Positions 11,438-25,907 of a stretch of 64,000 nucleotides of DNA are shown one piece after another. The DNA is from Lama guanicoe (lineage: Eukaryota), in assembly GCA_013239625.1 (NCBI GenBank), contig MU053754.1:186001-250000 (forward strand), in the 5' to 3' direction. The notes under the pieces were generated by a model. The model did no database searches, was not told the DNA's origin, and saw only the letters and a list, made by a program, of their open reading frames with translations. The translations under genes were made by a program, and so were the position numbers. The stretch's first letter is position 1. Every line of letters starts with the position of its first letter.

Positions 11438-14400
11438 TAGCTGTGTTTCTAATGGACTTCTTTCATAAATGTGGAGATGCCAGGTTCTGTCAGCAGACAG
11501 ATTTTTCTAAAAGGGCAGGGGGGGTCACACAGGCACTCTTAGGATCCCAGCAAAAACAAAAGTAACATCGACTTCGTTCTGGGAGGGGAGGACCCCGTGC
11601 CTTGTGCTCCTTGGTAAGTCTTCCTTTCAGTTCACTTTCTGTGTCCACAGAGTGATCTCCAGTCACCTTGGTTTTCTTCTTCTTCTGTTCTTGCATCCAC
11701 AGCTGAATGAAGGGCTCCTCTGTGAAAATCTGTCACAATTTAGAAAGCGGGTCTGGGGCTTTGGCTGGGGACAGAAGCTGGCAGGCACTCCATGGCCACC
11801 TCGAGGTGTGGGGGGCTGTGTGGTAGACCTCCACACATAGGTCCCCGTGAATCCAGCTGCGTGATCTCTCTGGGTCCTACACACATCACTTGCTAAGGTT
11901 CAGTTGTCATTTATCTACCTGTGTAGTCTCCTTTCTGTTTAAAAATGTTCCGGGAAGTTGGCGATACCCTTCCATCTTTTTGATCCTACCGTGAAATTGG
12001 CATTTATCTTCTACAACGTGACTTATTTCAGTAGCCTTCCACGGGGAAGGTAGGCAAATGTGTGGCTGCTGTCCCTGGGCTGAACCAGAAATTCCATCCG
12101 TGAGTTAGTATCTGAATTCCAGACCGGCCACGTGGATAATATATATCGCTTCTGAAATCTCCCTTGCAGACTGTTCGTCCTTAACTAGATGATCAGAACT
12201 TACTTTATATCCCAGACTTGCATGGACTCTGTCGTGATTTTTACATTTTCCATTTAGTCAAAAAATATTTGTATTTGTTGGTGTCGAAACAAAAATAGGT
12301 CGATCACGTTGGAAAATGACCTTCTTTCTCAAGTTTGACCTTCATCCTGTTTTATGTTGAGTTGTATTTTAGAATCAGTCCTTCCACCTGTTGACCTTGA
12401 GGTGATACTTCCAAGTATTTCCAATAATCTTTTTCTCATTTGCTGCTTTTTACCCCATCTCACTTTTTTTTTTTTTTTTTGCTTTTTGCTTTTCTGTTTT
12501 ACCAGCCCAACTGTGTACACAGGCTATGAGTGATGATTATTTAGCAGCAGAAGATTGACCTCATCTTTATCAGGAAGCCTCAGTGTTGCATTCAGGCAGA
12601 TTCTGTTTCCAGTAATGAGGATACAGGAAACATCGCTCCCTTTGCAAGTTCTTACCCTTCCTCACGCTTAACGAAAAACGCGCTTCGTCGTATTTGGCTA
12701 TTTCTCACCGTTGGACTTCCTAGTTTTGCTAGGAAACGTTCAAACAGACCAAAGAGCAAGATTTTTCAATAAAAAGTCATTTTCCTGTTGCATTGATGAG
12801 GTTGTGTAATGCCCGGAGCAAGTTAATCTTTATAAAAAGGCTTTAAGACTACATCTTATTTTATACGATACGGCCCTTGTGAGAGCATTCCACCAAGAAT
12901 AGCAAACCTTAGACTCCGTTGCAGTGATGGTGGTTCATTACAAGTGGGGCTGTTTCAGTAAGAGAAGCACTTTACTGACTATTCCATTCTTGATGTAGAT
13001 TTTAAATCAGTTTGATGCGGGATCTCAGCCCTTGAAGAGTTGTTCACCAGTGGTTTTTCCACATCTGAAAGTAGCCTTTGCCAGTGAAGAGTGCTGGCAG
13101 AAAAGGCAGTTCACCCAAATTATGAGTTCCTTGAATTAGCTCAGTATACCTCGTCTAGCAAAGAAGAGAACGAATCTATCTTGCACTGAAATGAGAGCGT
13201 AATTTGGGTCAGATACTAACGAGTTAGGGTCCTACCTGATTCTGAGTTCAGCTGGGCGGTGAGCAGACATGGTGGTGAGACCCCCCTGAACAGAAATGAA
13301 ATGTTTTATGCTGTTGGGAGGGGAGCAATGAACCCATGAAAGCTCAAGGTGGAAGAAGGTTCCAAACCTGGTTGACTCATGTCTGCTGGAATTAATGGCG
13401 GTGCCTCTCTTACCTCCGAAAAGCTCATAGATTCTCCTATAAGTTGGATTCTCATTGAAAAGCCCCTATTCCTCCTTAGAGCCTCAGGCAAAACAGTTTC
13501 CTGCGCTTGAGTGCTTATTTGTAAAATCAGCGCATGCAAAATTCCAAGTGATTTTTTTTTTCCTCCCCCTTAAACTCTGAATTGAGGAAAATTTGACTAA
13601 TAGAAACACGTTTGCACAGCAAGGTGCTAGGCTCCAGGGACCCATTTAGGATCTGCTGTCCCTGTTTTAAGCAACTCCATAAATAATTAGTTAAAAATCA
13701 TGCTTTGTCAGTTTTTGAAATCAGTCATTCTATGTTATTCTAGTACACGGGCCAGTTTGTAGTCAAGGGTAGAATTGAACTTTTGGAATGTTACATGAAG
13801 TAATATTTTTTTGAACCTTAATGTTGAAAGGAGATTGCTGAAAGCACACTGTTACAAATCCAGTTGCTGGATGACCTGGAATTTATTACTCAACATTTAA
13901 TTGATATTTCGTGTCTGAATACATCTCTCCATGGAAGCAAATACTGAGAGTGCTGAAGAGTGTTAAACTTTCCAGAAACTACAGTTGTGTGGAAGAAAAA
14001 TGAAACAGCCCCCCCGCATTTTTCTGTTAATAAACATGTGACCTGTCAGTGCAACGAACAGCACAGTGTATTAAATGAGGAAAACTTATGTTTCCTGTAT
14101 TAGAAAGTGGTTTGTGCACATTCTCAGGAGAAGTTCAAAATGTTTTCCCTTTACATTCGGATAAGGAAAAAAACCACAAAGACTTCGCAGAAAAGTGCAC
14201 TGTAACCAAACCGTTCAGTTATTCACGCAAAGAAGAGATAACATATTGTCAGGATTGCTAAAGTCACTTGAACCGGTTGAGGAGGAATTTATTCAGGTGG
14301 CTTCAATGATGGAGCTACTTTTGGTCGGCAAACCTGTGTTAAAGGACTTGATAGAAAACTGTCGTTAATCCTTATGCCCCAGTCCCTGCAGGTGAAGCTT

Positions 14401-14751
14401 ACTGTGCGCGTTTTACAAATGGGAAGATGGATTTTCATGATGTAAAAGGTATTTGCTGGAGCTCTGGTAAGCCTGGGGGCTGCATCCAAGACCCCCCTCT
14501 CAGTATTAAGCACCCTTTGTCAGGAGAACAGGATTGCGGGGATGGAAGTGGGGATTTGTACCACACAGGACCCTGAAAGTGTGTGGAAGAATTTTAAATT
14601 TTTGCTGAAAAATGTAACCAATGCAGACACCCCTTCCTTCTTTGCCCAGAGGATTCTGGAAGGGAATTCATTGAACTGCCTTTATTTATCTTTTCTCAGT
14701 TTTCACAGTCGCCCTTCATACAGGCAGACATTCTTTCATTCACTTTTATTA

Positions 14752-14820
14752 TTCTTTTTTGTTTGCTTGTTTTTAAATTTTTTATTGACGTGTAGTTGAT
14801 TCACAACGTGGGTTGCAGGC
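14752..14820 (-). mobile_element. Very short L1 tail insertion
   Basis: tttattgacgtgtagttgattcacaacgtg; flanked by tcacttttatta / tcactttattta. Confidence 0.7.
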
Positions 14821-14934
14821 TCACTTTATTTATTTCGACAGATGCCATGATGTACCTACCAGGAGTTAGGGTGCTGCCCTTTCTTGTCCTGCACTGCAGC
14901 TGGAACAAACATTTGTTTTGATTTCTGTGCATTA

Positions 14935-15130
14935 ATTTTTAATTGAAGTACAGTCAGTTACAGTGTGTCAGTTTCTGGTGTACAGCACAGTGTCCCAGTC
15001 ATGCATATACACACATATAGTTGTTTTCATATTCTTTTTCACACACACCTATTGGTTTTTATATTCTTTTTCATGAAAGGTTATTATACGATACTGAGTA
15101 TCATTTCCTGTGTTATACAGAAGAAATTAA
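14935..15130 (-). mobile_element. Short L1 tail insertion with TSD
   Basis: aattgaagtacagtcagttacagtgtgtcagtttctggtgtacagcac; flanks gcattaatttttaa / gcatttatttttaa. Confidence 0.9.
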
Positions 15131-18100
15131 GCATTTATTTTTAAAAGGGATTTTTTTTTTTAAATGACAAGCTACCCATCCCTGGCCACAGTGGTTTCAC
15201 TTTTACCACATTTAGCTAATGTTAGTGTCTCAGTGCTTAAATCACATGCCCCATTGTTTACACTATTACGTTGGGTCAGTTTGTTCCTCCTGAGTGTGGA
15301 ATAGACCTTTGGTCTTTTCTTCACCTAACAAAGAATTACGCTCATTATATGCACTCTTCTACTGGCATCTTACCTGGTAATTATTTCAAAATTATTTTTT
15401 CAAAACACTGCCTTGAGTGTTTTGAGGATTCTGACTTCAGCCAGACAGTGTGGATTTGGAAAGCTAACACACGCAGCGGTGGTTTAGAAAAGGTATGTTC
15501 TGGTGAGGGGAAGGGGTAGAAATCAAATGAGGACACAGGTGATTTTTCTTTTCACATCGCAGACCCTTTGTGCTGGTTTCACGCGCCTTCTTGTCTTGCC
15601 GTCATCCATCGAGAGATCCTGGCTTGCAGTTTCATAAAGGAAAGAGGAGTTGATGGAGATGTATTTACACAGAGGTGGGGTCACTGCTCATTTGGGCTGC
15701 AGGATGTGGCCTGATTCCAGAGTTGCAGACCAGGGGTTGAAGGCAGTGCAGTCGCTGGGCTGGAAGCCAGGGCTCCGAGTCATTGTAATTGTAGATGAAA
15801 TAATAATTATTCGAGATCGTTTGCTAATCAGCAGATCCTTGGAAGTGGCTGCTGACTCTCGAGGTGATTAAGGTGAAATGCCGAATTTGCATGCATTTTA
15901 CACTTCCGCCATAGCTTGCAAGAGCCCCTCTCTAAAAATAGACTTTGCTTCTTTCAAGACGCGCACGAAATCAAGGACCCAGAAGGAGTAATTGCGGTGC
16001 ATCGATAATGCTTAAAACAAAAACACCACAGAATCTCCCTCCCATAGATAATTATCTACAGATGCTCTTGTGTTTAATTATATGACAGGCTCACCTTATG
16101 TTTTTAGATTATTAGCCATAGCGAATTAGTAGCTGCTCTTTGCCATCTTCGATAAATATTGAAGCTGGGACCTTTGCAAGCGCATTCGAGATGCTGCCCA
16201 GATGCTCTGTGACTCACTGGTCTCTGCCCATTTATTGAGTGGCCCAGCGTTGTCCATTTTTGTTCTTTTCTCCACCCCCCGGCTCTGGTATATCTGAAAA
16301 GCCGAACAGAAACATCAGTCAGCGGGGCAGAGACATGGGTGCAGAACACTGGGCTTCAGAGGTGACTTTGTATAGACACAAGTTCTGAGGGTGACCTCTA
16401 ATACCATCCCAGGGAGATTCTTGTAGCAATTGGAAGGCGTTTTATCAGATGGTTTCAGAGAAAGGACGAGATGTAGGGAAAATCCGTACAGCGGAATAGG
16501 AGCTTTGCTCTGCAATTTGCTACATCTGAGTGGTGCCCAGTGAACACCCGTGCACTTAAAACGCCAGGAGTTCTTTGTGTGGTGGTGTTTTGTCTGAGTT
16601 TTGATCCTCCTGCCTCATGTGATCCTAGAACACACCGCTGAAGGCTCTCTCCCTTGTAATGTGGTTTTCTTACCTATGGGCATCTGTAAGAAAGGGAACA
16701 GAAGATGAAGCAGTCTGGGTAGACACCTGTGATGTCGCTGTGCCATCCAGATCTCCCTGAGAAACTGTGAAGGCCCTTTGGTATCGTCTGTTCTAAGAGA
16801 CACGCCTTGGTCTGTCCAGGAATTACACCCGTGTGGGGTCTGGGTGCTTTGAAGAAGCAAAGCATTGTGCAGTTTCATTCTGAGGCCGTTGAAGCAAAGA
16901 GACACTCAAGCGCACGTTGGGAATTTGACCCCTCGGGAAGGAGAGGACAGACAGCGTTTCTGAAAATAAACGCTTTTTGAACATAAAACAGAAATTGCAC
17001 GAAAGCAATCTCCTGTGTTTGACAGCAATTTTGGTTTCTGTTCCAGCTGCTTCTGCAGATAAAATTACAGTGGAACTGGCTTTCGTATTTAACTGGTCTC
17101 CAGATACAGTCACCCCAAATCTCCACTATTGACTTTTGAAACACCGCTTACGGACCAGGTACCTGGAAAAACATGATTCTGTTGAATTTCTTTATAAAAA
17201 GAAAGGCCAGGAGGGCATTGAGTCTGTATCCATTTAGCCGACCATGCTACCGTTAACATTAAAGGTAGAACAGAGACAGGTCAACCTCTTACAAAAAGCC
17301 ATTGAGATTAGACATTTTTTGGTAAAATCTTTTGGTAAAGAAGCATATGAACTGGGGGAGTGGGGCGGTTATCCACTGATTCCTATATCCTGTTAGTCTG
17401 AGGGCGGTCCCCAGGGCGTTAACTTGCTGGCATGAGCCCCCTGTGGTCTTAAACTGTGCGGAGAACGGGGGGTGGGGGGGGCTGGCTAGACAGGATCGAA
17501 GGTGGGACGTGGAGCTGTCCCCTCCCGCAGTGCTGAAACCGGAGGGGAAGACAGAAATTCGGCATTGGGCTCCTGTGAGTGACAAGGCTCGTTCAGTTGT
17601 TACATTCTGTTGATGAGATAAACGTATTCTGTGCCTGAGAAGGCCAGAAAGGAGGGCATTAAGGCATGGTCTATTAAGGGAGTTTATTATCCGTTTTGTC
17701 AGTTGTGGTGCCTGAGAGTAAAATCTAAGACCTAAGGTTGGAAAAGTGAGCCTGTGGTGGGCTTGGGTTTCAATGTCGTACAGTCTGGACTTTGTACGTG
17801 AGGGAGGCTTGAAGTAGGGGACCGCTGTGTTTCCCAGTAAATAACACATTTTACTAATGAGAGAATGAGCCTTTTGGTAATCATTAAAATGGGGAATCAG
17901 CTTCAGCTACACCACTCTGCTGACAGAAGCCGGAGAAAGAGTAGAAACCATGGCACAGAGAAGACAGTGTCTGGAGCAAGAGGGATTCTGGTTTGGTGGG
18001 AGTTTGTGCTACGGCCGAATCCGATTACGGAGAGTGAGAATGGCGTCAACGAGAAAATTGAAATTCACAAGTTCTCGAGCTCCAAGGTGAAGCGAATCCG

Positions 18101-20225
18101 TTTTGACTGCGATGATTTTGTCCGTGACTTTGTGAAAAGAAAGTGCTGGCTTTTAGTTATTCACCAATAAAAAATGCATGAACCCTGCTCACTTCCTGGA
18201 TCAAAGGCATTTTCTACAAAGTCAGCCCTTTGGTCTTTGCAGGGTGATAGTACAGAGAACCTGTCCCCAGTGCCCTTGTCCAGCTCTCTCTGTACCACAG
18301 ACATTTGGACGATCTGTTGGTTGGAGTGACTGTGTCTTTAAAATCGCCTTTAGCACGTGTACGGGGTGAGACATGCAGGTCAGCTAGATGTGAGGGCTAC
18401 CAAGTTCTTTGTCATTCGTTGCCTGTCCAGGGAGATGAGACGATGACCAAGCTGTGTAATCTTGAAGGCACCTCCATCAGAAATGTGGGAATGGAACAAC
18501 ACAGTGTAACACACGTCCGTGGAATAGTGTGGAAGGGAAGCCAGCTTTCGAGATGACAGTCACTGCCCTGGAATACAATGCCTGTATCTTCTATGTTAGT
18601 GTCCTGACTTAAAAGACTCGACCGTCAGTTTCTTATTAGAGCTTAATTTGCCCTTTAAGTGATGTCCCCGTGTTATGTTTTTCATAAATACGTCAGCTTC
18701 TGTCTTTGTGGCTCTCAATCAAAAGCTTGACGTACTTTGCACTCGTTCTGTTAACATTTCATCTGTTTCTTTTCATTGTTTACGGACATAACCTGTTCCC
18801 TAAATCACACAAAGCATTCGGTAAGAAACCGCACCTTTGTCTTCCTGGAATGAACTCCACGTTACTTGGCCGCTGGACTCGTCTGAGGGTCGGTAAAGTG
18901 TGCCGTTCCCATTAACTGTCAATACTGTCTTCTGTATGGATTTCCACTTGAAGTGGTACTTTCTGCAGGGTGGGAATGCATCATGGCTCTTAACCTGAAC
19001 TCCCTTCTCGTTCACTTCTGATTTACAGAGTGTCGGTGGGATGCTCGGCTCTTCAGCACAGCTTACACGTGCTCCTTCAACATTTTCAAGATCCCTCCCT
19101 TGTGGCATAATGACTCGGTTTTGTGGTTATTCATGTCAGCCGGCCTGTGAAGGCTGTTAGGGGGGTTAACCCTATGGTATTTATTCCTGCATTTTTATCC
19201 TCCCATCCGTCTTTCCCTGAGCCCCCCATGCACAAATCCACCTACATACCCAGTGCATTTCCGAACTACGAGGAGACACTCGGTAAGCATTTGTCAAATG
19301 AACTGAGTAATGGCACCAAATACAGAATAATCCGTTTCCTCAGGCTGTTTGTAATCTGAGGTAAGAGTGGTGGACAATACCGTGTCCTGTTAGGGCCATA
19401 AGTATGCCTTTCCTCTTGGTTAGTGTGCACGGGCTGTGGAAAAGCTGTTGGCGGAAAAGGTCTATTTGCAAGAAAAATCCTGAGCTTGAAGAGAAATTCA
19501 TTGCCCGTCTGTTCATAGCATATATCTTCTTGTGATTTTCATGTTGAGTTTCCTGTGACCCCTATCAGAATGCTTCCTGCTTTGGGGAAAAAAAAAAAGC
19601 CATACATCCTTGATACATTGAGCTAATTCTCTGTGGTCCTCAGATGGTGTGTCCAGGCACTCTTCCAGGAGTGGACACAACTCTCCTGAAAGAACCAAAC
19701 GTAGAAATGAGCCAGTGACCTCACTCCGCCTTGGACCATTTAGCCTAGACCCCATTTCTGGATGGGAGTGATGCACCTGACTCAGACATCCCCTGTCTTC
19801 GAACTCTGTAGCATCTGCGGCTGATGGTCCACAAGTCAGCACTTTCATGGAGTCTTCTCCTCTTTACCAACCCCTTCTACCGAGAGCCTTGAATGATTCT
19901 TGAGTGTGCTCGGTGCCATGGATGGAGAGGGCTCAAGAGAGCCCTGCCTACGTGGCAGTGTTTTTACATAAACAGTCCTGGAGGGACAGCCTGCAGGGCG
20001 TGAATGATGAGATCTGGCAGAAGGCAGGGTTTCATTTGCATAATTATAAGCTGGAGACTGGCAGGGGAGGGGGGCGCTGAGCTAGCTCGGGGTTGCTTTG
20101 CCTGCTCCGTTTGGTGCTTAAAGCATCACCCACGTGAACTCGAGTTGAGTATCCCAGGGTTCAAAGTTTTAGAAAATAACTCCTAAGTATTGTTACGTCA
20201 GGAGTTAATATTAACATCCTAGTCT

Positions 20226-20421
20226 GGGGTTGTCAGACACAAACTACTACATGTAAAACATGAACAACAAGGTCCTACTGTACAGCACAGGGAACTATAT
20301 TCAGTATCTTGTAAAAACCTAGAATGAGAAGGATTACGTGTATGTATAACTGAATCACTGTGCTGTACACCAGAAACGAACACAGCCCTGTAAATGAGCT
20401 ATACTGCAGTTAAAAAAAAAA
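20226..20421 (+). mobile_element. Sense L1 3' end with poly(A)
   Basis: aacaacaaggtcctactgtacagcacagggaactatattcagtatc...actgcagttaaaaaaaaaa. Confidence 0.9.
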
Positions 20422-20505
20422 GCTCTAATACACTCAGGGCCGGGCTAGGAGGGAGTTCTGGGGACATCCAACTTTGGAATAAACATCAACCTCATATCCG
20501 TCACC

Positions 20506-20640
20506 TAGAGATTCTTAACTTGGCATCATGGATACGCTTCAGAGGGCCTAAGAATCCCCTATATATAAAATTACGTATTTGCATTTCTGCATTTAAAGGA
20601 GCCGTATACTTCGTCACATTCTCGAAGGCATTTGTTTTAA
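20506..20640. mobile_element. hAT-Charlie non-autonomous fragment (MER103C-like)
   Basis: agagattcttaacttggcatcatggatacgcttcagaggg...cttcgtcacattctcgaagg resembles the recalled consensus. Confidence 0.5.
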
Positions 20641-21583
20641 GCGTGCACAGAAGAAAGCACCCAGGGATGTTCCAAAGAGACCCGTTTCTTCTCTGGGCTG
20701 ATTCCACAGATAAAGAGAAAGCCACCACGGTTTGTTTAGTCTGGGCGGAGGGCCACCTGGAGCAGATCTGATCTCCAAGTTTGTTTAAAATCCAGCTTCT
20801 CCGTGGTTCATCTAAGCTTTGACACCGTAGGGATGCGCAAGGTTGGAACAGTTCCTCGAGGTCAATGTGTGCTCTGAAGTCAAGAGAGCGGGAACGTGCA
20901 GGGGGTGTAGGCCGGTGATGCATTTGTGCGGGGATGGCAAAACAGGGAACAGTCTTTTCAAAGCATTCGTTGCCACTGGCAAAAACCTGCCTGTTGTCCA
21001 AGCTGTCAGTTGGCTGCGCTGACCTGTGAGTCCACACGAGGGAGGCCGTGGAAGCTACTAACAGCTTTGCCTTCACTCTTTTCTGAACCTCTTCAACCTT
21101 CCCCTTCGAATTCATCATTAGAACTCGGTTCTAAGAGTTCTCCTGGAACCACCAGCCTCCCTGAAGACACTTGAGTGATGGAGTGGCTTGCACGCTGCCT
21201 GTTCATTCTGCTCTTTCCTGAGCCCGCCTTGATTCAGTTTCACCAGGCAAGCAGTTCGTCTGCCGCCACCTCCCCCAGATCGGTCATTGTGTGATAAATC
21301 GTGAGCGTGTCGTTCAAAAGAGCTTAACGCTGTTCGTTCTGGTCCTGATGCATTGCGGTGATGGTGCACTCCCTGGGTTGCTTTCTTGAGATGCTTCCTG
21401 GCCTGGAGGGACTGTGGCAAATTTTGCAGATGGGGACCAGGCATAAATCAAGACGACCTTCCAGACATCAGACGTGGGCTTTTAAAAATCTGTCAAATGA
21501 AAGAGCAGTTATGAGGCAATAATTTCACACCTCACATAGTCAAAAATATTAATGGGAACTGGGCAGTCCCAAGAGATTAAGTT

Positions 21584-23272
21584 GAGGGTTCTTACTGAGT
21601 GTCATTCATGGGCCCCTGGGAGTCCTCACACCTTCTTAGGGTGGTTGGCTAATCACGCTAAGGTAATATTTGCCTTTTCTTTGCTGCTTTTCTTGCTGGA
21701 TTTTGTACTTTTGGTGTAAAATCGCAGGAACCTCAGCACAGATCAATTCACTGATGCTAAAACTGGGCTAGTGGTGGTTTTTGTTCTTCCCTGCTTATGT
21801 AGGGAGCTCCCCACAAGCCTGTTCCACTTACGGATGGCCTCAGTGGAGTAAGAGACAGTCTTAATCCTCCGCCCTGGGGCATATATGTCTTCTGAACATT
21901 CTGTGTGACCAAAGGGGACGGGGTGTCAAGTCCTGACAGCCGAATCGCGTGGTTTTCCTGAGGGGAGGCACTTGGACCACGACTTGAGTTGTGGCCAGAC
22001 CGGACAGTCTTTTCTCCCACTGGATTCCACTTTGAGTTGACTGCTCAGTAAACGTCAGGCCTGAGGGTTTGGGAGACATGCTTTCGGAAATGACCAGACT
22101 GAGCTGGTCACTCCAGGGATCACAATTGACCGAAACTGTCTCCGGCGATGATGTTTGACAGCCTTCCAGGACCGACTTGACTCTTCTGAGAAGATTCCTG
22201 GTAACTTTAACAAATGAGATGTTGAATGTCACATGATAACAATGTGTGAATATCCTTTACAAGATCTGCATAGCATTCTGAAGCAGGATTTTGTAACTGA
22301 ATGATGCGTCATGTTACAGAATTGTGGAGGGTTAGAAGATCCACTTAAAATGCAAGACAGGCGCATGGATTTTAATAGAACAGGATAGGACAACATCGTT
22401 AATACTGACTGCAGATTCCAAATTTCAAGTCATCCTTAAGAAACTATTCATTTTCAGAGTTTGGGTGTAGTGTCAAAGAAGAGTGTCCACTGTACTCTGA
22501 AAAAAAAAGCTATTACAACACTCCGCTCTTTTCCGGCTACATATCTGTACAAGACTAGGTTTTATTCATAGCCTACAACCAAAACAACTTATGACAAAGG
22601 AATGAGTGCAGGAACACATATTGGGATCAAGGCGTCTGCTAGGAAGCCAGGTTAAAGAGATTGGCAGGAGCATGAAGCAGTCACTCCTGTTGCTTCTTCA
22701 TTTTGTTTTGTAAAATGTGTTCATTCCCCACAAATATGCTATTTGTGTCTCTTTTTTTAACATTTTTTATTGATTTATAATCATTTTACAATGTTGTGTC
22801 AAATTCCAGTGTTCAGCACAATTTTTCAGTTATTCATGGACATATACACACTCATTGTCACATTTTTTTCTCTGTGATTTATCATAACATTTCGTGTATA
22901 TTTCCCTGTGCTATACAGTGTAATCTTGTTTATTTATTCTACAATTTTGAAATCCCAGTCTATCCCTTCCCACCCTCCACCCCCCTGGTAACCACAAGTC
23001 TGTATTCTCTGTCCATGAGTCTTTAGATTCCACATATGAGCGATCTCATATGGTATTTTTCTTTCTCTTTCTGGCTTACTTCACTTAGAATGACATTCTC
23101 TAGGATGTGTCTTGACATATAGCATCACTGAGTAAATAGTACAGGAATGTCTCCGTTTTCATTTCCACTGTGATGACATCACAGGAGATCCACTCTCCCA
23201 AGCTCTCCGAGATCCTCAGTTGCCTGTAAGGATGTGAAGGATCCTGAGACACTAACGGTTTGAGATCTGATT
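21584..23272 (+). mobile_element. Charlie1a-like hAT DNA transposon remnant, interrupted by an L1
   Basis: cccctgggagtcc near the start; degenerate transposase-like attctgtgtgacc...gatccacttaaaatgcaagacag...aagctattacaacactcc...ctacatatctgt; end ggatcctgagacactaacggtttgaga. Confidence 0.8.
22751..23105 (-). mobile_element. Young camelid-type L1 3' end inserted in Charlie1
   Basis: ttttaacattttttattgatttataatcattttacaatgttgtgtcaaattccagtg, a distinct young 3'UTR; short flanking repeat tgtgtct at 22744-22750 and 23106-23112. Confidence 0.9.
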
Positions 23273-24994
23273 CTCTGATAGTGTTCTTGAAACAGAGGTG
23301 ATTCCGAAGCTCGGCTGGGGAGTTTGACACATACAGAGTCTTTGGCTCCACCTGAAAATTCTAATTCTGGGATGTGCTTTGGGCCAGGTGCCCTCACCCC
23401 GGCTATCGTCAGCGGAGTCACTGTGGGGCTGAGAGGTGTGACTAGCATGACAAGCTTTGCAAACACAGTTGAAAGTACAGACTGTGCCCTGCATTTTGTA
23501 TTTTTAAAAGCTCAGAGTAAATGCCAGTTGACGATTGCTACACCTCCTGGTTTTTGGAGGTACTAAATGTAAGTGGTTACAGTTGTTCTTTTGGGAAGCT
23601 GTAAGTGACCTTTCATTGTTCTTTCGTGGGTCTTGATTGCTAAGTTATCTGTTCAAGTGGGGAAATCAGTCTCTTGTGGTGTGATGTGTGTCTTCTGTGG
23701 CCTTGGCAGCATGTTGCTTGGATCTTATGCTCAGAATATAATTTTTTTTTGTCTCCGTTTAGTTTATTCCGCCAGGCATAAAACAGAAATGTTCTATTTA
23801 CCAAACTAGTTATGAGTAAACAAGAGCAGCTTGTTAAAAATCATCATTTCAATGAAAGAAAACACAGAGTAGCATTTAAAAGACATAATTTATTTATAAT
23901 TCTTGTGTGCAGAGATAATTGGGTCTTGGGGTGGATGTGGAAAGAAAGCGACTCTTTAAAGCTACGATGTAGAAATTCTCAAACATTTCTTGAACCCACA
24001 TTTGTATTTCTTACCATTCAGATCCACCTCCAGTTACGAGCAAACAAAGCAATTCCCGTTCTGGTGGTTTTCACAAACCAAACAGGAAGTGCAATTCCAG
24101 GTGATCACCTGTCGGAGGCTGATAGTAATGGGCGACTCCCAAAGTCTTCGTTTAAAATGCACCGTGTTTTCATGGTGACCCCCTTAGAGACCCTCCCCAC
24201 AGTCGTGTGTGCTGTTGTATCACAGAGGAGTCCTTCACTGAACAGCCACAGGGTGAAATGCTGATAAGATTCACAGGAACAATCTGCATCCACTTGTAAC
24301 CTGGAAGAATTTAATGGGATACGGTTCATTATGATGGGTCCAGAAAATCCATCCATCGTTGCCAGGTTAACTGGTCCATTTCGGATTCAGAGCGAGAGTT
24401 TCTCTGAGCGCCATGACTGCAGAGGACTGTCATACTGAAACTCTCTTCAGCTTTTTAGGACCATCCTAGTGAAAATCTCTCCCAGGGTTTAGGTTGTAGG
24501 TTCTGCCAATGGAGATGATTTTGACGGCTCATGAGGTTTAGGATTTCTTAGCTTGCCTGTCAGTGTATCTACACATGGGATTCCAGACCGGACTAACCCT
24601 AGTAGGAGATAGCTTACGGAATTGTTTTTTCTCGTTTACGGTAATGCTGGGTTTCACAAATCTGTTTTTATGTATCTTGTCATTGTTGGGACAGAAAACA
24701 TGCTTTGTGAAAATAATGGGTCACTTTTCATTAATTAACTGAGGAACATCTCCCTGACTCTTGGATTTGGGATATATTCAAATAATAATAATAATAATTC
24801 TAGAATACTAAATGATTTAATGGTTTGGGAGATATAGCCTTTGTCATTGAAATATGCAGAAACAAACAAAATAAAACAAAAATTACTCTGAACCATCCAA
24901 AGTATCACAGACCTTCCAAAATATTTAGAAATTCATTCAGAAATTCAAACTATTTAGAAATTCATTCATATTTACAATTCTCATGTAGAGATTG

Positions 24995-25121
24995 AAAATC
25001 CTCTCGAGGTGTAAACTGGGAGGAAACTGCGGACGAGGGTGCAGGGGTGGGGGAGGAAGGAGTCTGCCATCTCGAAAGCTCTCCAGGCGATCCTTACGTG
25101 TGCCGAAGTGTGAGAGCTCTG
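24995..25121. mobile_element. MER5A-like fragment
   Basis: gagtctgccatctcgaaagctctccaggcgatccttacgtgtgccgaagtgtgagagctctg resembles the MER5A end. Confidence 0.5.
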
Positions 25122-25139
25122 GTTTAAAATATCCGGGAC

Positions 25140-25693
25140 AGTAGGGTAAGGGAGGAAAAATAACTTCCCCTTCTGAGTTCTTGGCTGGCAGCCCTGTAAT
25201 GTAAGGCAGATCAACAAGAGAGATCTCAACAGGAGTTTGCTAACGCGTCTACCTCGTGTCTGTACGGGAGATGCCCTGGGGAAACGGGCAACTCCTGCAG
25301 GGGCTGAACACTCCAGCTTGTGCAGCATCTTCAGCAGAGAACAGACTTTGTGGGGCAGTGGCAGGAGGAAGGACAGCGGTGGTAGCCTTGAAGGCTGGAG
25401 GTCGAGGCTGGTTGGTAGCGTTTGTTACGTAGTCTTCCTCTGTCTTCTCTAGGCTCAGCGAGTCTCACGCTGTCTCTGGGTTAACCTTTGTTCCCCCAGA
25501 GAGAGCTGGAAATGTATGTCCTGCTTTTAGGCAAAGGGGCGCAGGACAGAGAGTTTTTCTTGTCTTCTTTTCAGTTGCCTTCAGATTAAATTAATCTGTT
25601 CGCCAAAGTGGCATTTTTTTTTATATTGAAGTATAGTTGATTTACAATGTTGTGTTAGTTTCTGGCGTACAGCACAGTGATTCAGTTATACAT

Positions 25694-25729
<36 letters not shown>

Positions 25730-25907
25730 TCTTTTTCCAGTTCTTTTCCATTATAGGCTATTACAAGCTATTGAATATAGTTCCCTGTGCTGTACAGTAG
25801 GGGCTTGTTGTTCATCTGTTTTATATATAGTCATGTGTATGTGTTAATCCTAAACTCCTAATTTACAAAGTGGCATGTTTGGGGCTGGCATACTCTGCCC
25901 CCCTTCA
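25140..25907 (-). mobile_element. ERV1-class solo LTR (MER34-like) interrupted by an L1
   Basis: cttctgagttcttggctg...tacctcgtgtctgtacgggagatg...; ends gtggcatgtttggggctggcatactctgccccccttca. Confidence 0.75.
25615..25865 (-). mobile_element. L1 tail with (TG)n, nested in the LTR, perfect 11-bp TSD
   Basis: caaagtggcat at 25604-25614 and 25866-25876. Confidence 0.95.

Noticed and set aside
17289..21118. 186-aa and 205-aa minus-strand ORFs
   Set aside because: No recognisable homology; one overlaps a DNA transposon fragment; lengths compatible with chance
24022..24100. Possible cassette exon (IHLQLRANKAIPVLVVFTNQTGSAIP)
   Set aside because: Plausible acceptor, but a weak donor and an unrecognised peptide
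24922..24968. Short direct duplication tatttagaaattcattca
   Set aside because: An ordinary slippage event in AT-rich DNA
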